Notes: a model not told the origin generated them from the sequence alone. A stretch of 64,000 nt of DNA from the human T2T-CHM13v2.0 reference genome, Homo sapiens (GCF_009914755.1 NC_060936.1); one strand, 5' to 3'. Counted from the stretch's first letter, positions 29,258 through 48,294 are shown. Made by a program: numbers and translations.

Positions 29258-30076
29258 TAAGATTTCAAAGAGCAATCAGGGAGGTTTTTCTTGTCTGTTG
29301 GTACAGTATATTTTACATCAAGCATTTTTAAAATTAGCAGTGAATCCTAAAAGAACTGTATTTATAGCTGACGTTGGTTGAAAAGCACAGAGCACAGCCT
29401 GGGGTTTATACATGGATAGAAGAAAAAAATTCTAAATTGAATAGCTTCAAAGAATACAAAATATTTCTCAGTGCTGATGTTTTCCTCTCACTTGAAATAA
29501 AGAATAGAGCTTTCAAAGTATTCACCTCTTCTCTGCTGGAGTTAAGAGAGTAGGTAAAACAATCCCCCAAAGGTCTCTCACTAATTGCTTTTTTTCCCTT
29601 GGGAGAGGAGCTGGAATTAACTGACTGTAGGAGTGTGTGTGTATGTATATATATTTTAAGTATAGTAGTTATAATAGGTTTTAAATGTTTCATTTAAATT
29701 CAGTGATACATAAACCTGGGTTCACTTTGCTTTTCCTTGGTAAATATATAGTCATTACAGTTACCTGGGAAAAAAATATACAGACATATATGTGTGCATA
29801 TATACATATATAAATAAATAATATGGTCATTTAAAAAATGTGTTGCAGTCTGGGTTCATTAATTTAGATTCCTCACCAAAATTCTTACTGAATTATAGTT
29901 CAGTGTAAAAAAGAAAGGAAACACAAAACAATATAATTATTAGTAATATATTCCAGATGTGGAGGGAAATAAAGAAATATTAACAATTATCAGTATATTA
30001 GATTGACTTAGTTATATAAAAGAAAAATTTCTAAACAAATATATGCCTAGTAAAAACTCTGAAAGGCAATATGTCA

Positions 30077-30298
<222 letters not shown>

Positions 30299-30534
30299 TC
30301 ACTTCAACTCAGGAGGCGGAGGTTGCAGTGAGCTAAGATCATGCCACTGCACTTGAGCCTGGGCGACAGAGCGAGACTCTGTCTCAAAAAAAAAAAAAAA
30401 AAAAAAAAAAAAATGCTGGGCGCCGTGGCTCACGCCTGTAATCCCAGCACTTTGGGAGGCTGAGGCGGGCAGATCACCTGAGGTCAGAAATTCGAGACTA
30501 GCCTGACCAACATAGAGAAACCCCGTCTCTACTA

Positions 30535-30684
<150 letters not shown>

Positions 30685-30893
30685 TCAAAAAAAAAAATTA
30701 ATTAAAAAAAATTACTACTAGATTGTGGAATTAAAAGTTTTTATTTTCTTTTTATACACTTAGTTTACTTCACTAATCTGCAGTGAACAATGTGTATTGC
30801 TGTTTATAATTGGAGGGGAAAAGGGCCAGTATTCAGCAAGTGCTTGATTGTCTTCCTCTATAGTTGAACTTAAGGATTCATTCTATTATTTAA

Positions 30894-31449
<556 letters not shown>

Positions 31450-31858
31450 TAGCTATATTTTGTACTCTATCCCCCAGGCAGGAGTGCGGGGATACAATCG
31501 GCTCACTGCAGCCTCCACCTCCTGGGCTCAAGTGATCCTCCCACCTTACCCTCCAGAGTAGCTGGGACTACAGGCATGCGCCACCACACCCAGCTAATTT
31601 TTATATTTTTAGTAGAGATAGGAGTCTTGCCAAGTTGCCCAGGCTGGTCTCAAACTCCTGGGCTCAAGCAATCTGAACACCTCGGCCTCCCAAAGTGCTG
31701 GGATTACAGGCGTGAGCCACCACGCCTGGCCTATCTTAACTACATTTATTTATCTCACAAAATAATTATCCAAATCAAGAACTTGAAATACTGTTATCTA
31801 TAGACCTTATTAAGATATCGTTTATTATTTCAATAATATCCTTTATAGCCAAAAATAA

Positions 31859-32065
<207 letters not shown>

Positions 32066-33029
32066 TGAATTTTTTTTCTTTTTAGTAGACATGGGGTTTC
32101 ACCATGTTAGCCAGGATGGTCTCAATCTCCTGACCTCGTGATCTACCCGCCTCGGCCTCCCAAAGCGCTGGGATTACAGGTGTGAGCCACCGCGCCTGGC
32201 CTAATGTTTTTATGTTTCTTAGCTTTTTTCTTTTTTTTGAGACGAAGTCTCACTCTGTCGCCCAGGCTGGAGTGTTGTTGCACAATCTTGGCTCACCGCA
32301 ACCTCTGCCCCACCAGGTTCAAGCAGTTCTTGTGTCTCAGCCTCTCGAGTAGCTGGGATTATAGGCACATGCCACCATGCCTGGCTAATTTTTGTATTTT
32401 TAGTAGAGACAGGGTTTCACCATATTGGCCAGGCTGGTCTCAAACTCCTGACCTAAAGGATTTGCCCACCTCGGCCTCCCAAAGTGCTGGGATTACAGGT
32501 GTGAGCCACCGCGCCCGGCCGACATTGATATTTTTGAAGAATACAGGCCTGTGGGGTTTTGTTTGTTTGAGACAGGTTCTCACCCTGTTGCCCAGGCTGG
32601 AGTGCAGTGGCACAATTACAGCACACTGCAGCCTCAACCTCCTGGGCTCAGGTGATCCTCCCACCTAAGCCTTCAAGTAGTTGGGACTACAGGTGTGAGC
32701 CACTACATCTGGCCCAGGCCTGTTCTTTTGTAGAATTTCCCTAAATTTGGGTTTGTTTGATGTTTCCTCCGATGAGATTCAGCTTATGTCCTTCTAGCAG
32801 GAATAGCACAGAAGTGGTGCTGAGTTTGTCCAGGTTAATCATATCAGGAGAACCCTGCTGTGCATTAGTCCCTTACTGACAATGTTGTCATCGTTTGGTT
32901 CAGGTGATGTCTGCCAGCTTTCACCACTGTAAAGTTATGATTCTTACCCTTTGTAAAGGTAAAAGTATATGGGGATATACTTTGAGACTTTGTATATAGC
33001 CTATTACTTCTCAAACTTTCATCCATTAA

Positions 33030-33170
<141 letters not shown>

Positions 33171-33281
33171 TGAGTAGCTGGGACTACAGGCGCCCGCCAC
33201 CACGCTCGCCTAATTTTTTTGTATTTTTTTTAGTAGAGACGGGGTCTCACTGTGTTAGCCAGGATGGTGTCTATCTCCTGA

Positions 33282-33606
<325 letters not shown>

Positions 33607-34032
33607 TAGCCAAGATGGTCTCAATCTCCTGACCTTGTGATCTGCCCACCTCTGCCTCCCAAAGTGCTGGGATTACAGGCGTGAGCCCCCGTGCCCAGCC
33701 ATATGGACTTTTTCTAATTCCATCATTGATTCTACATTTTTCAGATGGCTTTCTAATGAAGAGCTTCCCTTTCTCTACCATTTTTCAATTTATATATTTA
33801 TTATATAATTGTCAACACATGGATTCTTATACCATTGAATAGGTTAAATACTTTACTTTAAATCTGTTATTTATTTTGATGCTCAAATTATCCCAGATTT
33901 GGCCAGTGGGAGCCCTTTAAAGATGGCTCTTGTTCTCTGTCTCCATTATCCTTTGAAAACTTTTATCTTTTAGCACAAAACGTTGTACTGTCCCTGTTCT
34001 ACCCTTGATGTCTGCCATTTCTCCAAAGAGCC

Positions 34033-34568
34033 TGTGGTAGGCAGCATGGTCCCCAAAGATGTTCACACTCTAATCTCTCTAACCTGTAAATATGTTATGT
34101 TACATGGCAGGAGCAATTTTGCAGGTAAAATTAAGTTATAACCCTCAAAAGAGATGTTATTTTGAATTTTCTGGGTGGGCCCAGCCTAGCCCAAGGCAGA
34201 GGAGTTTCTCTGGCTGAAGTCAGACAGATGTGGGGAAGAGAAGCAGTTAGATGTGAAAGGAGAGATCTTAACACCCCATTGTTGGCTTGAAGATGAAGAG
34301 AGCCACATGTCAAGGAAATAGGGACTTTGGTTTTGTAAGGAACTGAATTCTGCCAACAACCTGAATGAACCACTACAGGCTCCAGGCACCCCAGTCCAGC
34401 CCAGGCACCCCGATGCCTTGATTTTGGCCTTGTGAGATTCTAAGCAGAGAACCCAGTGGATTCATGTTATACTCAGTCTTTTGAGCTATAGAACTATGAG
34501 TCAATACGTGAGTGTTGTTTTAAGCCGCTAAAGTTGTGTTGTTATGGCAGCAAAATGAAACTAACATA
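34033..34568 (+). mobile_element. MLT1-type (MaLR) solo LTR
   Basis: Starts TGTGGTAGGCAG...GGTCCCCAAAGATGTTCAC, ends GTTATGGCAGCAAAATGAAACTAACATA; 5-bp TSD gagcc at 34028-34032 and 34569-34573. Confidence 0.8.
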
Positions 34569-35269
34569 GAGCCCCTTTTTAAAAAATTGTATATATTTAA
34601 GGCCGGGCGCGGTGGCTCACGTCTGTAATCCCAGCACTTTGGGAGGCCGAGGCGGGTGGATCACGAGGTTAAGAGATCGAGACCATCCTGGCTAACACGG
34701 TGAAACCCCCGTCTCTACTAAAAATACAAAAAATTAGCCGGGCGTCGTGGCTGGCGCCTGTAGTCCCAGCTACTCGGGAGGCTGAGGCAGGAGAATGGCG
34801 TGAACCTGGGAGGCGGAGCTTGCAGTGAGCCTGGGCAACAGAGCGAGACTCTGTCTCAAAAAAAAAAAAAAATTATATATTTAAAGTAGAGAAGAGTACG
34901 TAGAAACCAAGATCTGGGTGCTAGGTGTGCTTATTTATAATATACTTTCATTGCTTCTAGACTTTCTCCGAGGACAGTGCTGGGAAAGAAATGTGTGTGC
35001 ATTTACCTGTGAGCACATACATACCCATACATATCTATTTCAATATTTCTACTAACTCCAAATTCCAATCCAACAAACAGGGTTTATTCTGTGCTTTCCT
35101 CTTTCCATATTAATAGGTAACTCGTCTCCAAAAGTGTGAGACCTGCTTATTAACTACAATATATTATTTGCTTCGTCCTAAGATGTATAAAAAAGTAGTT
35201 TCTAAAGTGCTAACACATGCTTCTGAAAAAAAAAAAAAAGAAGCCTAGTAGGCTGGGCGCAGTGGCTCA

Positions 35270-35527
<258 letters not shown>

Positions 35528-35719
35528 CTAAAAAAAAACCCAAAAAAAACAAAAAACAAAACAACAAAAAAAAGCCTAGTAGTTAATTAGAGATCAGTAT
35601 TTGCTTAGAGTTGTTTTTGTTTGAGGGCATATAGTCCAAGCAGTATATTCAAAAGTTCTTGGGTTGGTTAACTATTTATTTGTGGTAAAATATACATAAT
35701 ATAAAATTTACTATTTTAA

Positions 35720-35884
<165 letters not shown>

Positions 35885-35887
35885 TAA

Positions 35888-36079
<192 letters not shown>

Positions 36080-37059
36080 TAGAGACGGGGTTTCACCATG
36101 TTAGCCAGGATGGTCTCGATCTCCTGACCTCGTGATCCGCCCGCCTCGGCCTCCCAAAGTGCTGGGATTAAAGGTGTGAGCCACCACGCCCAGCCTAAGG
36201 GTTTCACCATGTAGGCCAGGCTGGTCTCAAACTCCTGGACTCAAGTGATCTGCCCGCCTCAGCCTCCCAAAGTGCTGGGATGTATAGGCATGAGCCAATG
36301 CACCTGGCCCATTTTAATCATTTTTAAGTGTACATTTCAGTGGCATTAAGTATATTCACACTGTTGTGCAACCACTACCACCATCCATTTCCAGAAAGTT
36401 TTCATCTTCCCAAACTAAAACTCCGTACCTATAAAACACTAACTCTCAGGTGGGTGCAGTGGCTCGTGTGTGTAATCCCAGCACTTTGGGAGGCTAGGGC
36501 TGGAGGATCGCTGGAGCCCAGGAGTTTGAGACCAGCCTGGGCAACATAAAATTAACTTTAGTTTTTTTTGTCTCTAAAAGAAAATTTAAAAACAAAATAA
36601 AAAACCACTAATTCCCTATATACCTCCTTTCCCCTGACCTCTTGCAACCTCCATTCTTTCACTCCGTATATATTTGATTTTCCTAGGTATCTCATAAAAG
36701 TTAAATCATACAATATTTGTCCTTTGTGACTGGCTTATTTCACTTAGCATGTCTTCAGGGTTCATCCATATTGTACCATGTGTCTGAATTCTCTTATTTT
36801 TTTAAAGCTAAATAATATTCCATTGTTTGTATATACCACATTTTGTTTATATATTCACCTGTTGATGGATACTTGGGTTTCTTCCACTTTTTGGCTATTA
36901 TGAAGTAATGCTGCTATGAGCATGGATAAATAATCTGTTTGAGTCCCTGCTTTCAGTTCTTTTGGAATTGCTGGATCAGAAGTGGAATTATTAGATTATA
37001 TGGCAATTCTATGTTTAAATGTTCGAGGCACTGCCATACTATTTTTCTTTTTCTTTTGA

Positions 37060-37185
<126 letters not shown>

Positions 37186-37721
37186 TGACACCATGCCTGG
37201 CTAAGTATTTTGTGTGTGTGGTTTTTTTTTTTTTTTAGTAGAGACGGGTTTCACCATGTTGCCCAGGCTTGGTCTCGACTCCCAACCTCAGGTGATCTGC
37301 CTGCCTCAGCCTCCCAAGGTACTGGGGTTATACAGGCATGAGCCACCATGCCCAGCCTATTTATTTTTAAGTGCTTCATTTTCTGTAAAGAAATGTTATC
37401 AAGCTATTGAGAAATTAAGTGTTGGTCCAAAATATAATATGCATCTCAGAAATATTGTTTATTAAGGACACAATTCATATTCTTATATAAATAGCCTCTG
37501 TTTACAACTTGAAAAAGGATTTCCAAAACAAAAAACTTTTAAAAATCTTAAATTGGCATTCATATTATTACAGATTATAAGTTATGTTTCAAGGGTCATA
37601 ATACAATTTCCAAATGATTTTCCATTTCTTGGTCAACTAGTTAGTCCTTACCTGTAGTATCCAACTTGCCAAAATCTTGAAGAAATAACTAAATTTAAAG
37701 TTTAATACAAAACTGAAATAG

Positions 37722-38158
<437 letters not shown>

Positions 38159-38300
38159 TAATCAAATAACAGTGTAAACATATATACAATAGAAGATAAC
38201 CCAACAGGCCGGGCACGGTGGCTCACGCCTGTAATCCCAGCACTTTGGGAGGCTGAGGCGGTCAGATCACAAGCTCAGGAGATCGAGACCATCCTGGCTA

Positions 38301-38558
<258 letters not shown>

Positions 38559-39326
38559 TCAAAATCGTTAGGTTGAGTGAAAAACCAGACAAAAAATGAG
38601 TACTGTGTATTCCCATTTATATCAAACTCAAGAAAATGCAAATGAATCTATGGTAATAGAAAGCACATCAGTGGTTGCCTGGAGAAGGGAGTGTGCAGGG
38701 AAGAGGGATGTATTATTATAAAAAGAGACATTTCGGGGCCAGGCGCGGTGGCTCATGCCTGCAACCCCAGCACTTTGGGAGGCCAAGGCGGGCAGATCAC
38801 GAGGTCAGGAGATCAAGACCATACTGGCTAACACAGTGAAACGCCGTCTCTACTAAAAATACAAAAACTAGCTGGGCGTGGTGGCGGGCACCTGTAGTCC
38901 CAGCTACTCAGGAGGCTGAGGCAGGAGAATGGCGTGAACCCGGGAGGTGGAGCTTGCAGCTTGCAATGAGCCGAGATGGTGCCACTGCACTCCAGCCTGG
39001 GCGACAGAGCGAGACTCCTTCTCAAAAAAAAAAAAAGAGGCATTTCGTGATTTAATTGTCAGAGACTATTTTTCCCAAAACTGCTAGTGAAGCTTATACC
39101 CTAAATTACTAGTCTCAGTATGTCTGAAACTGAAAACCAGTTCCCATTCTTCTGGGAATATGTTTCAACTTTTATTTTTTACTAAAAGGTTATTCTTTTA
39201 TGCTGTCCACAACTGTTTTTAAAACAATGAAATACGCTGGGCATGGTGGCTCATGCCTGTAATCCCAGCACTTTGGGAGGCCAACGCAGGCGGATCACCT
39301 GAGGTCAGGTGTTTGGGACCAGCCTA

Positions 39327-39476
<150 letters not shown>

Positions 39477-39636
39477 CTAGCCTGGGCAATAGAGTGAGAC
39501 CCCATCTCAAAAACAAACAAAAATCAACAACAAAAAATGAAATAACTGAAACTATGTAAAAATAAATTTTGATAAATTTCTGCAGTCTTTCATGTTAATA
39601 CTACATCTCCAAAGGGATAAAATTTGTGTTACTCTA

Positions 39637-39855
<219 letters not shown>

Positions 39856-39932
39856 TCACGCCTGTAATCCCAGCACTTTGGGAGGCTGAGGCGGAGGATC
39901 ATGAGGTCAGGAGATCGAGACCATCCTGGCTA

Positions 39933-40190
<258 letters not shown>

Positions 40191-40771
40191 TCATTAAAGC
40201 ACAAATCCTGCGTGTATATTTTCTCTTTGGTATGTTTCTGACATGATGTTACTGTCAACACTTTGCATCTTAGCTGAGTTCAAAATAATGTATTATATAT
40301 AAATAAAATATTTATTTACAAGTATCTTTGATGTTGTTTGTGTGCTCTAAAACCAAATGGCATACCATACAGTCTCTTCAAATTTAAGTCTGAGTGAAAA
40401 TATTCAGTACTACTCCAGGATAATCACTGACACATGTAAATATCTAGATCTTTTTTTTTTTTTTAAGACGGAGTCTCACTCTTTCGCCCAGGCTGGACTG
40501 CAGTGGCGCTATCCTGGCTCACTGCAAGCTCCGCCTCCCGGGTTCACGCCATTCTCCTAAATTTTTTGTATTTTTAGTAGAGACAGGGTTTCACCGTGTT
40601 AGCCAGGATGGTCTCGATCTCCTGACCTCGTGATCCACCCACCTCGGCCTCCCAAAGTGCTGGGATTACAGGCGTGAGCCACCACACCCGGCCTAAATAT
40701 CTAGATCTTAATAATTCAGTTTGTTGAACTGATCTTTGCCTCTGAAATTCACATGATGTCTTTGCCTACAG

Positions 40772-40893
40772 ATAGAATCAAAGATGGATACAAAGTGAAC
40801 TCACACATAGCTAAGCTGCAAGAGTTATGGAAAACTCCCCAAAATCAAACAATCCACCTCTCTAAATCAATGATGGAGGCGTCCTTTTTCAAG
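40772..40893 (+). CDS. FAM216A: FAM216A exon 3
   Basis: tacag|(D)RIKDGYKVNSHIAKLQELWKTPQNQTIHLSKSMMEASFFK|gtatgc; 122 nt. Confidence 0.92.
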
Positions 40894-42018
40894 GTATGCT
40901 AACAGGGACATATTTAAATACCAATACTCTTTGTATTCAGAGCCGAACTTTTTACTGAAGATCAGCTGCTTAGAGGGTGAGATACTGCAGATGACAAGGC
41001 ATATGCAGTATAATTGTCTAGGAGTCAATAAATATCTTTGAGTAAACTCATGAATGAATGTAAAGATTATACATTCTTTATCATAAGAGTTATTTCATGG
41101 TTTTATGATACTTCATATCTAATGTATCTTTACTGAGGGGAAGCTTAATGCCCCAACCACAGAGATGCTCAAGAAAAGTTCCATCTTTTCTTGAAAATAG
41201 AAACCCAACTTCACACATATTTTACTCAAGGACTACAAAATTAAGAAGAAAGCAGGTAAAGAAAATGGCAGTAATTAGCTTGCAAGTAGGATTTAAAAAA
41301 AGAAAAATAAATAAAAGAAAATGGCAATAAGGATTTTACAATGGTTACCTGTATCCCATTAACGATCGTAACTGCTAAAAGTATCTCTAGAGCAATGTGA
41401 ATTAGGGTAAATTTTTCTAACATTTTGCATTTTCTTTGAACTTACCATGTATTCAGTAAAGTAAATCTTGTATATATAGTGGAATCATACATCTTAAGTG
41501 AACATTAACTTCTAAATCAGCAAGTGCAATGAAAATCTCAAGTCAAAATTACTTAGAGACTAACATACTATCCCTCAGAATGTCCAACACAGTCAGTTAT
41601 TCTTCTGGTGCTGGAAAAGAATGTTTCTTCAGTTGAGACTAAGTAGAGTAATTGGATTGATTTTAGGTACCATGTTATACCTCAAAAATCATTTTGAGAA
41701 GGCAAGATGCCCACACTGAGAGGCGCACAGCAAGTAACACTTGACAGAACAGCAGATTCGCTCTTTCCTTGTTCATCTAGAGCAATGGGTTCTCCGACTT
41801 CAAAGGGCATCTGAATCACCCGAGTGGAATGGCAAGCAGAGCCACTTGCACTGTTTAATTGGCCATTTCTTTCTCTTTTGTCAAGTTAACGTAGTTGAAT
41901 TTGCTAAAGTAAAATACAGTTGGCACAACTCTCTTGAACATTCATCTCTTCAGATAAGGAATATTGCCAACTTCTCTAATACAATGCAGACTATAAATCC
42001 TCTTATTCTGTCTTTTAG

Positions 42019-42148
42019 CATCCAGACCTCACCACAGGCCAGAAGCGTTACCTGTGCAGCATTGCTAAAATCTATAATGCAAACTATCTGAAGATGTTAA
42101 TGAAGAGGCAGTACATGCACGTACTTCAGCACAGCTCACAAAAGCCAG
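42019..42148 (+). CDS. FAM216A: FAM216A exon 4 (GC donor)
   Basis: tttag|HPDLTTGQKRYLCSIAKIYNANYLKMLMKRQYMHVLQHSSQKP(G)|gcaggt; 130 nt. Confidence 0.88.
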
Positions 42149-42227
42149 GCAGGTGCACCTCCAGTTGTCTTTTCACTAGTTTTTACAATTAGTGAGAGGG
42201 TCTTTTAACAGGTGATTTGTATCACAG

Positions 42228-42411
42228 GTGTCCTCACTCATCACAGAAGCCGCCTTAGCTCCCGTTACTCACAGAAACAGCATTACCCTTGCACTACATG
42301 GCGACATCAACTGGAGAGAGAGGACTCGGGGTCTTCTGATATCGCAGCTGCATCTGCACCTGAAATGCTCATACAGCATTCCCTTTGGCGGCCAGTGAGA
42401 AACAAAGAAGG
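42228..42411 (+). CDS. FAM216A: FAM216A exon 5
   Basis: cacag|(G)VLTHHRSRLSSRYSQKQHYPCTTWRHQLERED...PVRNKE(G)|gtctgt; 184 nt. Confidence 0.9.
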
Positions 42412-42847
42412 GTCTGTTTCTTAGTGTAAAAGGGGGGAAATGCATCTCAGTTTAATTTTTTTTTTTCTCAGACAGGGTTTTGTTCTCTCACCCAGGCTGG
42501 AGTGTAGTGGTGTGATACAGTTTACTGTATTCTCAAACTCCTGGGCTCAAGCAATGCTCCTGCCTCAGACTCCCAAGTAGCTAGGGCTAAAGGCACAAAC
42601 CACCATGCCCTGCTAGTTAAAAAAAATTGTTTGTACAGAAAGCATCTCACTATGTTGGCCAAGGTACTCTCACCTCCGCCTCCCAAAGCACTGGGATTAC
42701 AGGCGTGAGCTACTGTGCCCAGCCTTCCCCATCTCTTTTGAAGGGTAGCTAAGTGATATTAATGGTTGTGTTCCCTAATATATTCACTTTGCTAAATTCA
42801 GAATAGGCTGGACTTTTAAAAAGCAGAGATACTTTTTTTTTTTTTGA

Positions 42848-42961
<114 letters not shown>

Positions 42962-43554
42962 TGAGATTACGGGCATGCGCCACCATGCCCGGCTAATTTT
43001 GTATTTTTAATAGAGACGGGGTTTCTCCATGTTGGTCAGGCTGGTCTTGAACCCCCAACCTCAGATGATCTGCCCGCCTTGGCCTCCCAAAGTGCTGGGA
43101 TTACAGGCATGAGCCACCATGCCTAGCCGAGAGATATTTTCATACTTTTTCTTTACTGCACTGATAAGAATATGCCACTTCTTTTAGAATATATTTTGTG
43201 GAATTATAAAAATTTCTTTATCAGATAGAGTTATGGATGACTGCCCTTTTCAATATAATTCCCACTCAACCTCAAAATAATGCAAATACTTTCAAAAGGA
43301 GAAGAATATGGTTGGTTATGCACAGGGGAATACTATATAACAGGGAGAGGAAAAAGATTAAGCAGCATGAGTATTGAAATTGCACTGCAGCAGCTTTACA
43401 TGTCAGGGTTAAGAAATTACAGGAGAATCTGGGTGCTGAAAGGGTCTTTTTGGTGATGTTGGCAGCTAATAAAACAAATTTGTGTGGTCTTCCACATGCC
43501 CTAGGCAGCTGTTCACTTTGCTGGCTCCAACTAAGATACTTCCCTTTCTTATAG

Positions 43555-43637
43555 GATAAAAACTGGATATGCATCTAAAACAAGATGTAAGTCACTGAAG
43601 ATTTTTAGAAGACCAAGGAAACTGTTCATGCAAACAG
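43555..43637 (+). CDS. FAM216A: FAM216A exon 6
   Basis: atag|(G)IKTGYASKTRCKSLKIFRRPRKLFMQT(V)|gtaaat; 83 nt. Confidence 0.9.
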
Positions 43638-43884
43638 GTAAATGTGGAAATTTAACAATATTCATTTTTTAAGATCTTATGCTTAAAAATACTATACCAA
43701 ATACAATTTCATTTCTATTATGAAGATATTAACAAATTTAGAATATGATTTGCTTTTATTGTCACAAATAAAAAACCAAACATAAAATATAGTTTATGCT
43801 TGCAATTAAAAGAACATACTGGGCCAGGCGCCACGGCTCACGCCTGTAATCCCAGCACTTTGGGAGGCCGAGTCAGGCAGATCA

Positions 43885-44214
<330 letters not shown>

Positions 44215-44357
44215 TTAGTAGAGAATGAATTCGTCTGAACCCAGAACCACAAACATGACCTTCTCAAGCAACAGCACTTCTTTTATGAGTTAGTGCTATT
44301 TTTGGATGAACATATTTTGTATAGCATCTATTAGTTTACAAAGTGCTACATCTCTTA

Positions 44358-44639
44358 TAGTAGGCCCTTCTTATCCATGGGGAATATGTTCCAAGACCCC
44401 CAGTGGACGGCTGAAATCTTGGATACTACTGAACCCTATACTTTGTTATTTCCTAAAAAACACATATCTATGATAAAGTTTTAATTTATAAATTAGGCAC
44501 ATAAAGAGATTAACAACAATAAATAATAGAACAATTTTATAACAATATACTGTAATAAAAGTTATGTGAATGTGGTCTCTCTCAAAATATCTTATACTGT
44601 ACCTTGGAAAGCAAGACTGTGGATAAGGAGGGACTTCTG
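44358..44639 (-). mobile_element. MER44A-like Tigger (Tc1/mariner) MITE
   Basis: Degenerate terminal inverted repeats (tagtaggcccttcttatcca / tggataaggagggacttctg) flanked by TA; internal MER44-like sequence. Confidence 0.78.
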
Positions 44640-45037
44640 TATACCATTTTGTTTGATATTCAACAAAACAGTGGAGGCAAGCCAAGCAGGTGATATTATC
44701 AAAATTTTACAGCTGCAACTCAGACAAATCCAGACTTTGGAAGGATCAGCATAAAGGATCCTTCTACCACAAGAACAAAATACTGCAAAATGAAAAAGGG
44801 AAGACAGACCGAATGATCAGAAGTATTCCTCAGAACTGATAATGTTAAATCATGTTAAGTAGTTTCCTAGTTATCAGCATAGTGAAGTAGGGAGGTGGGT
44901 AAGAAGTAGGGAAGTTGGCCAGGCGCAGTGGCTCATGCCTGTAATCTCAGCACTTTGGGAGGCCAAGGCTGGCAGATCACCTGAGGTCAGGAGTTCGAGA
45001 GCAGCCTGACCAACATGGAGAAACCCTGTCTCTACTA

Positions 45038-45202
<165 letters not shown>

Positions 45203-45712
45203 TTAGGCCTTCTGAATTGATATCCCATCACTGTATGACAGTGTTAGCCAGCTTTGCTGTAAATATCGTACCATGCCTATCCAAGAAATGAGGGAAAGGG
45301 CAGGAGAGAAGGGGTAAGTCAGGTTCCAAAAGGTACAGTTAGCGGAAACTGTAGGGGGGGGAGTCCCTGTGGTCCCCAATAGAAGAGATGAGAAGGAACT
45401 AAATGAAAATGCAGAGATTCTGAAGATGTAACTGACCACTTTAATTTCCCCCAACTGAAAGATTTTGAAAATCAATGGTAAAACAGGACTTAGTAACAAG
45501 AGAATTTGCTGTACAGTAACTTGGCTAGAATACAGTATTGTGTATCTTAAAGAGTAAGAAACTTGGGGGAAGGATGAGGTGACTAAGAGCCTTGAAAATT
45601 GCAGGCAATTTGTCTTTACTACAGGCTTATTAATAAGCCAGGTCATTTTGAAAGTTGTACTTAGAGCTTTATTTCCAAAACAGACAATTGTAAATTCTTA
45701 TTTTTCCTTCAG

Positions 45713-45831
45713 TTTCTTCAGATGATTCTGAATCACACATGAGTGAAGAAAAAAAGGAAGAAGATTTACTAAATAATTTTATGCAATCAATGTCAATTGA
45801 AGAACAGGGAGAACATCTGATGTTAACTTGA
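45713..45831 (+). CDS. FAM216A: FAM216A last exon 7
   Basis: ttcag|(V)SSDDSESHMSEEKKEEDLLNNFMQSMSIEEQGEHLMLT*; total 822 nt = 273 aa + stop. Confidence 0.92.
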
Positions 45832-46056
45832 CAGTCTTGTCTCGTGTATTGAATTCGTGCCAAAGGTGAGGGTAAGGGGTTGTGAGTTGTGTCCTGTATG
45901 TTTAGGATGGTATTGTTATTTATTAAATCATTAAGTAATTTTGGTTTGTTCAGAAACTTAAAACAATGTAATTGGTCTGATGTAGTTCCATGTACCAATG
46001 ATAGTTATGTAAGAAAATTTACATGTAACATATACTTGTACTTCTAGCTAGATACA

Positions 46057-46062
46057 ATTAAA
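46057..46062 (+). terminator. Probable FAM216A poly(A) signal ATTAAA
   Basis: ATTAAA ~225 nt after the stop, preceded by TGTA elements and followed by T-rich sequence. Confidence 0.6.
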
Positions 46063-46197
46063 ACTTTTCTTGCATTCAATATTGAATTACTTTTCTTTAA
46101 ATCTGACAAATGCATCGTATTTCTTCTTTCTGTGTTCATAGTAAGTCCTAAAACAGCAATATTAGAATATCCTACAAGGGCCAGGCGCAGTGGCTCA

Positions 46198-46647
<450 letters not shown>

Positions 46648-46792
46648 TTACCACATAAATAACTTGGGACTCTCGGACTAGATTAGGTTGGGAGTAGTTA
46701 CACTAACAAGAGGATTCTTTACGTTATATATTACTCTAGTATGCTTCCTTGCTAAATTTGTTTTTTTTTTGTTTTGTTTTGTTTTTTTTTGA

Positions 46793-46921
<129 letters not shown>

Positions 46922-47238
46922 TAGCACCATGCTGGCTAATTTTGTATTTTTAGTACAGACAGGGTTTCACCATGTTGGCCAGGCTGGTCTTGAACTCCTG
47001 ACCTCAGGTGATCCACCTGCCTCAGCCTCCCAAAGTGTTGGGATTAGGGTGTGAGCCACTGTGCCCGGCCCCTAAACTTGTATTTTTAAAACTTTTATTA
47101 AACCTTGAAAAATGGAAATAGCAACAGTTTGAAGAATCACTGTTAATGTCGGCATGGTATATTATTTAGCAAATAAAATCTGAGTCCAACATTATGACAC
47201 AATGTAAGAGAAGAGCTCTGAAAGGTCATCTCGTCCAC

Positions 47239-47340
47239 TTTAATATTTATATCCGTAGTTTCACTTGGTTCCTCATTTTTATGTTTTTTTTTAAATTAAA
47301 TACAGGTTATCAAAGTATAAATGAAAGGTAATTGTTTATT
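47239..47340 (-). terminator. VPS29 3' UTR poly(A) signals
   Basis: Minus-strand AATAAA at 47340-47335 and ATTAAA at 47244-47239 downstream of the stop. Confidence 0.55.
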
Positions 47341-47698
47341 ACTGGAGAAGAGAAAAATGTATACAAGAAAGTCTAGATTCTTTCTCCACATGCACTACTT
47401 TTGGAATAAAGTTCCAAATATCAACTTTGAAGATACTTACAAGGATAAATTTTTCTTAACAAGTGACCAATTACTGTGTTGTGGACATTTTTTCATAGAA
47501 TCCATATACTGTAAACTAAATATATTCTTATAGTTTACAGGAAGCTTGGAGCAATTATGTATTAACAGAGAAGATGGTATTATATTTTACTGCAAAATAT
47601 TATAAAAGTGATACAATTTTGTGGCTCTTAAATGTTTAATTACTTGATTTCAACAGGACAATGAAAAAAAACCAAAAATCATCAAGACAGGCCTGGCT

Positions 47699-47816
47699 TT
47701 AAGGTTTTTTGTATTCGATTCGTTCTACTTTCACATCATCTCCAATTAGCTGATACACATAGGTGACCACTGTAGAAGCCTGGATATCCATCAACACAAA
47801 TGATGGAATAATGTTT
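47699..47816 (-). CDS. VPS29: VPS29 (retromer/retriever subunit) last coding exon
   Basis: ctag|(T)[38 protein letters not shown]; exon lengths sum to 549 nt = 182 aa + stop. Confidence 0.96.
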
Positions 47817-47968
47817 CTAGAAGAAAAAATAAATAATGTCAGTGTTTTGTAGCACAAAGCAGCAGCACTATAAATTTCAATTTAAGATGACTATTTGGAT
47901 TCAGAGAAATCTGTTACATATCACATGAACAGTTACCAAAAGATTGCCAAAATGGCTAGATTTATTTA

Positions 47969-48277
<309 letters not shown>

Positions 48278-48294
48278 TCACATTTATTTTTATT

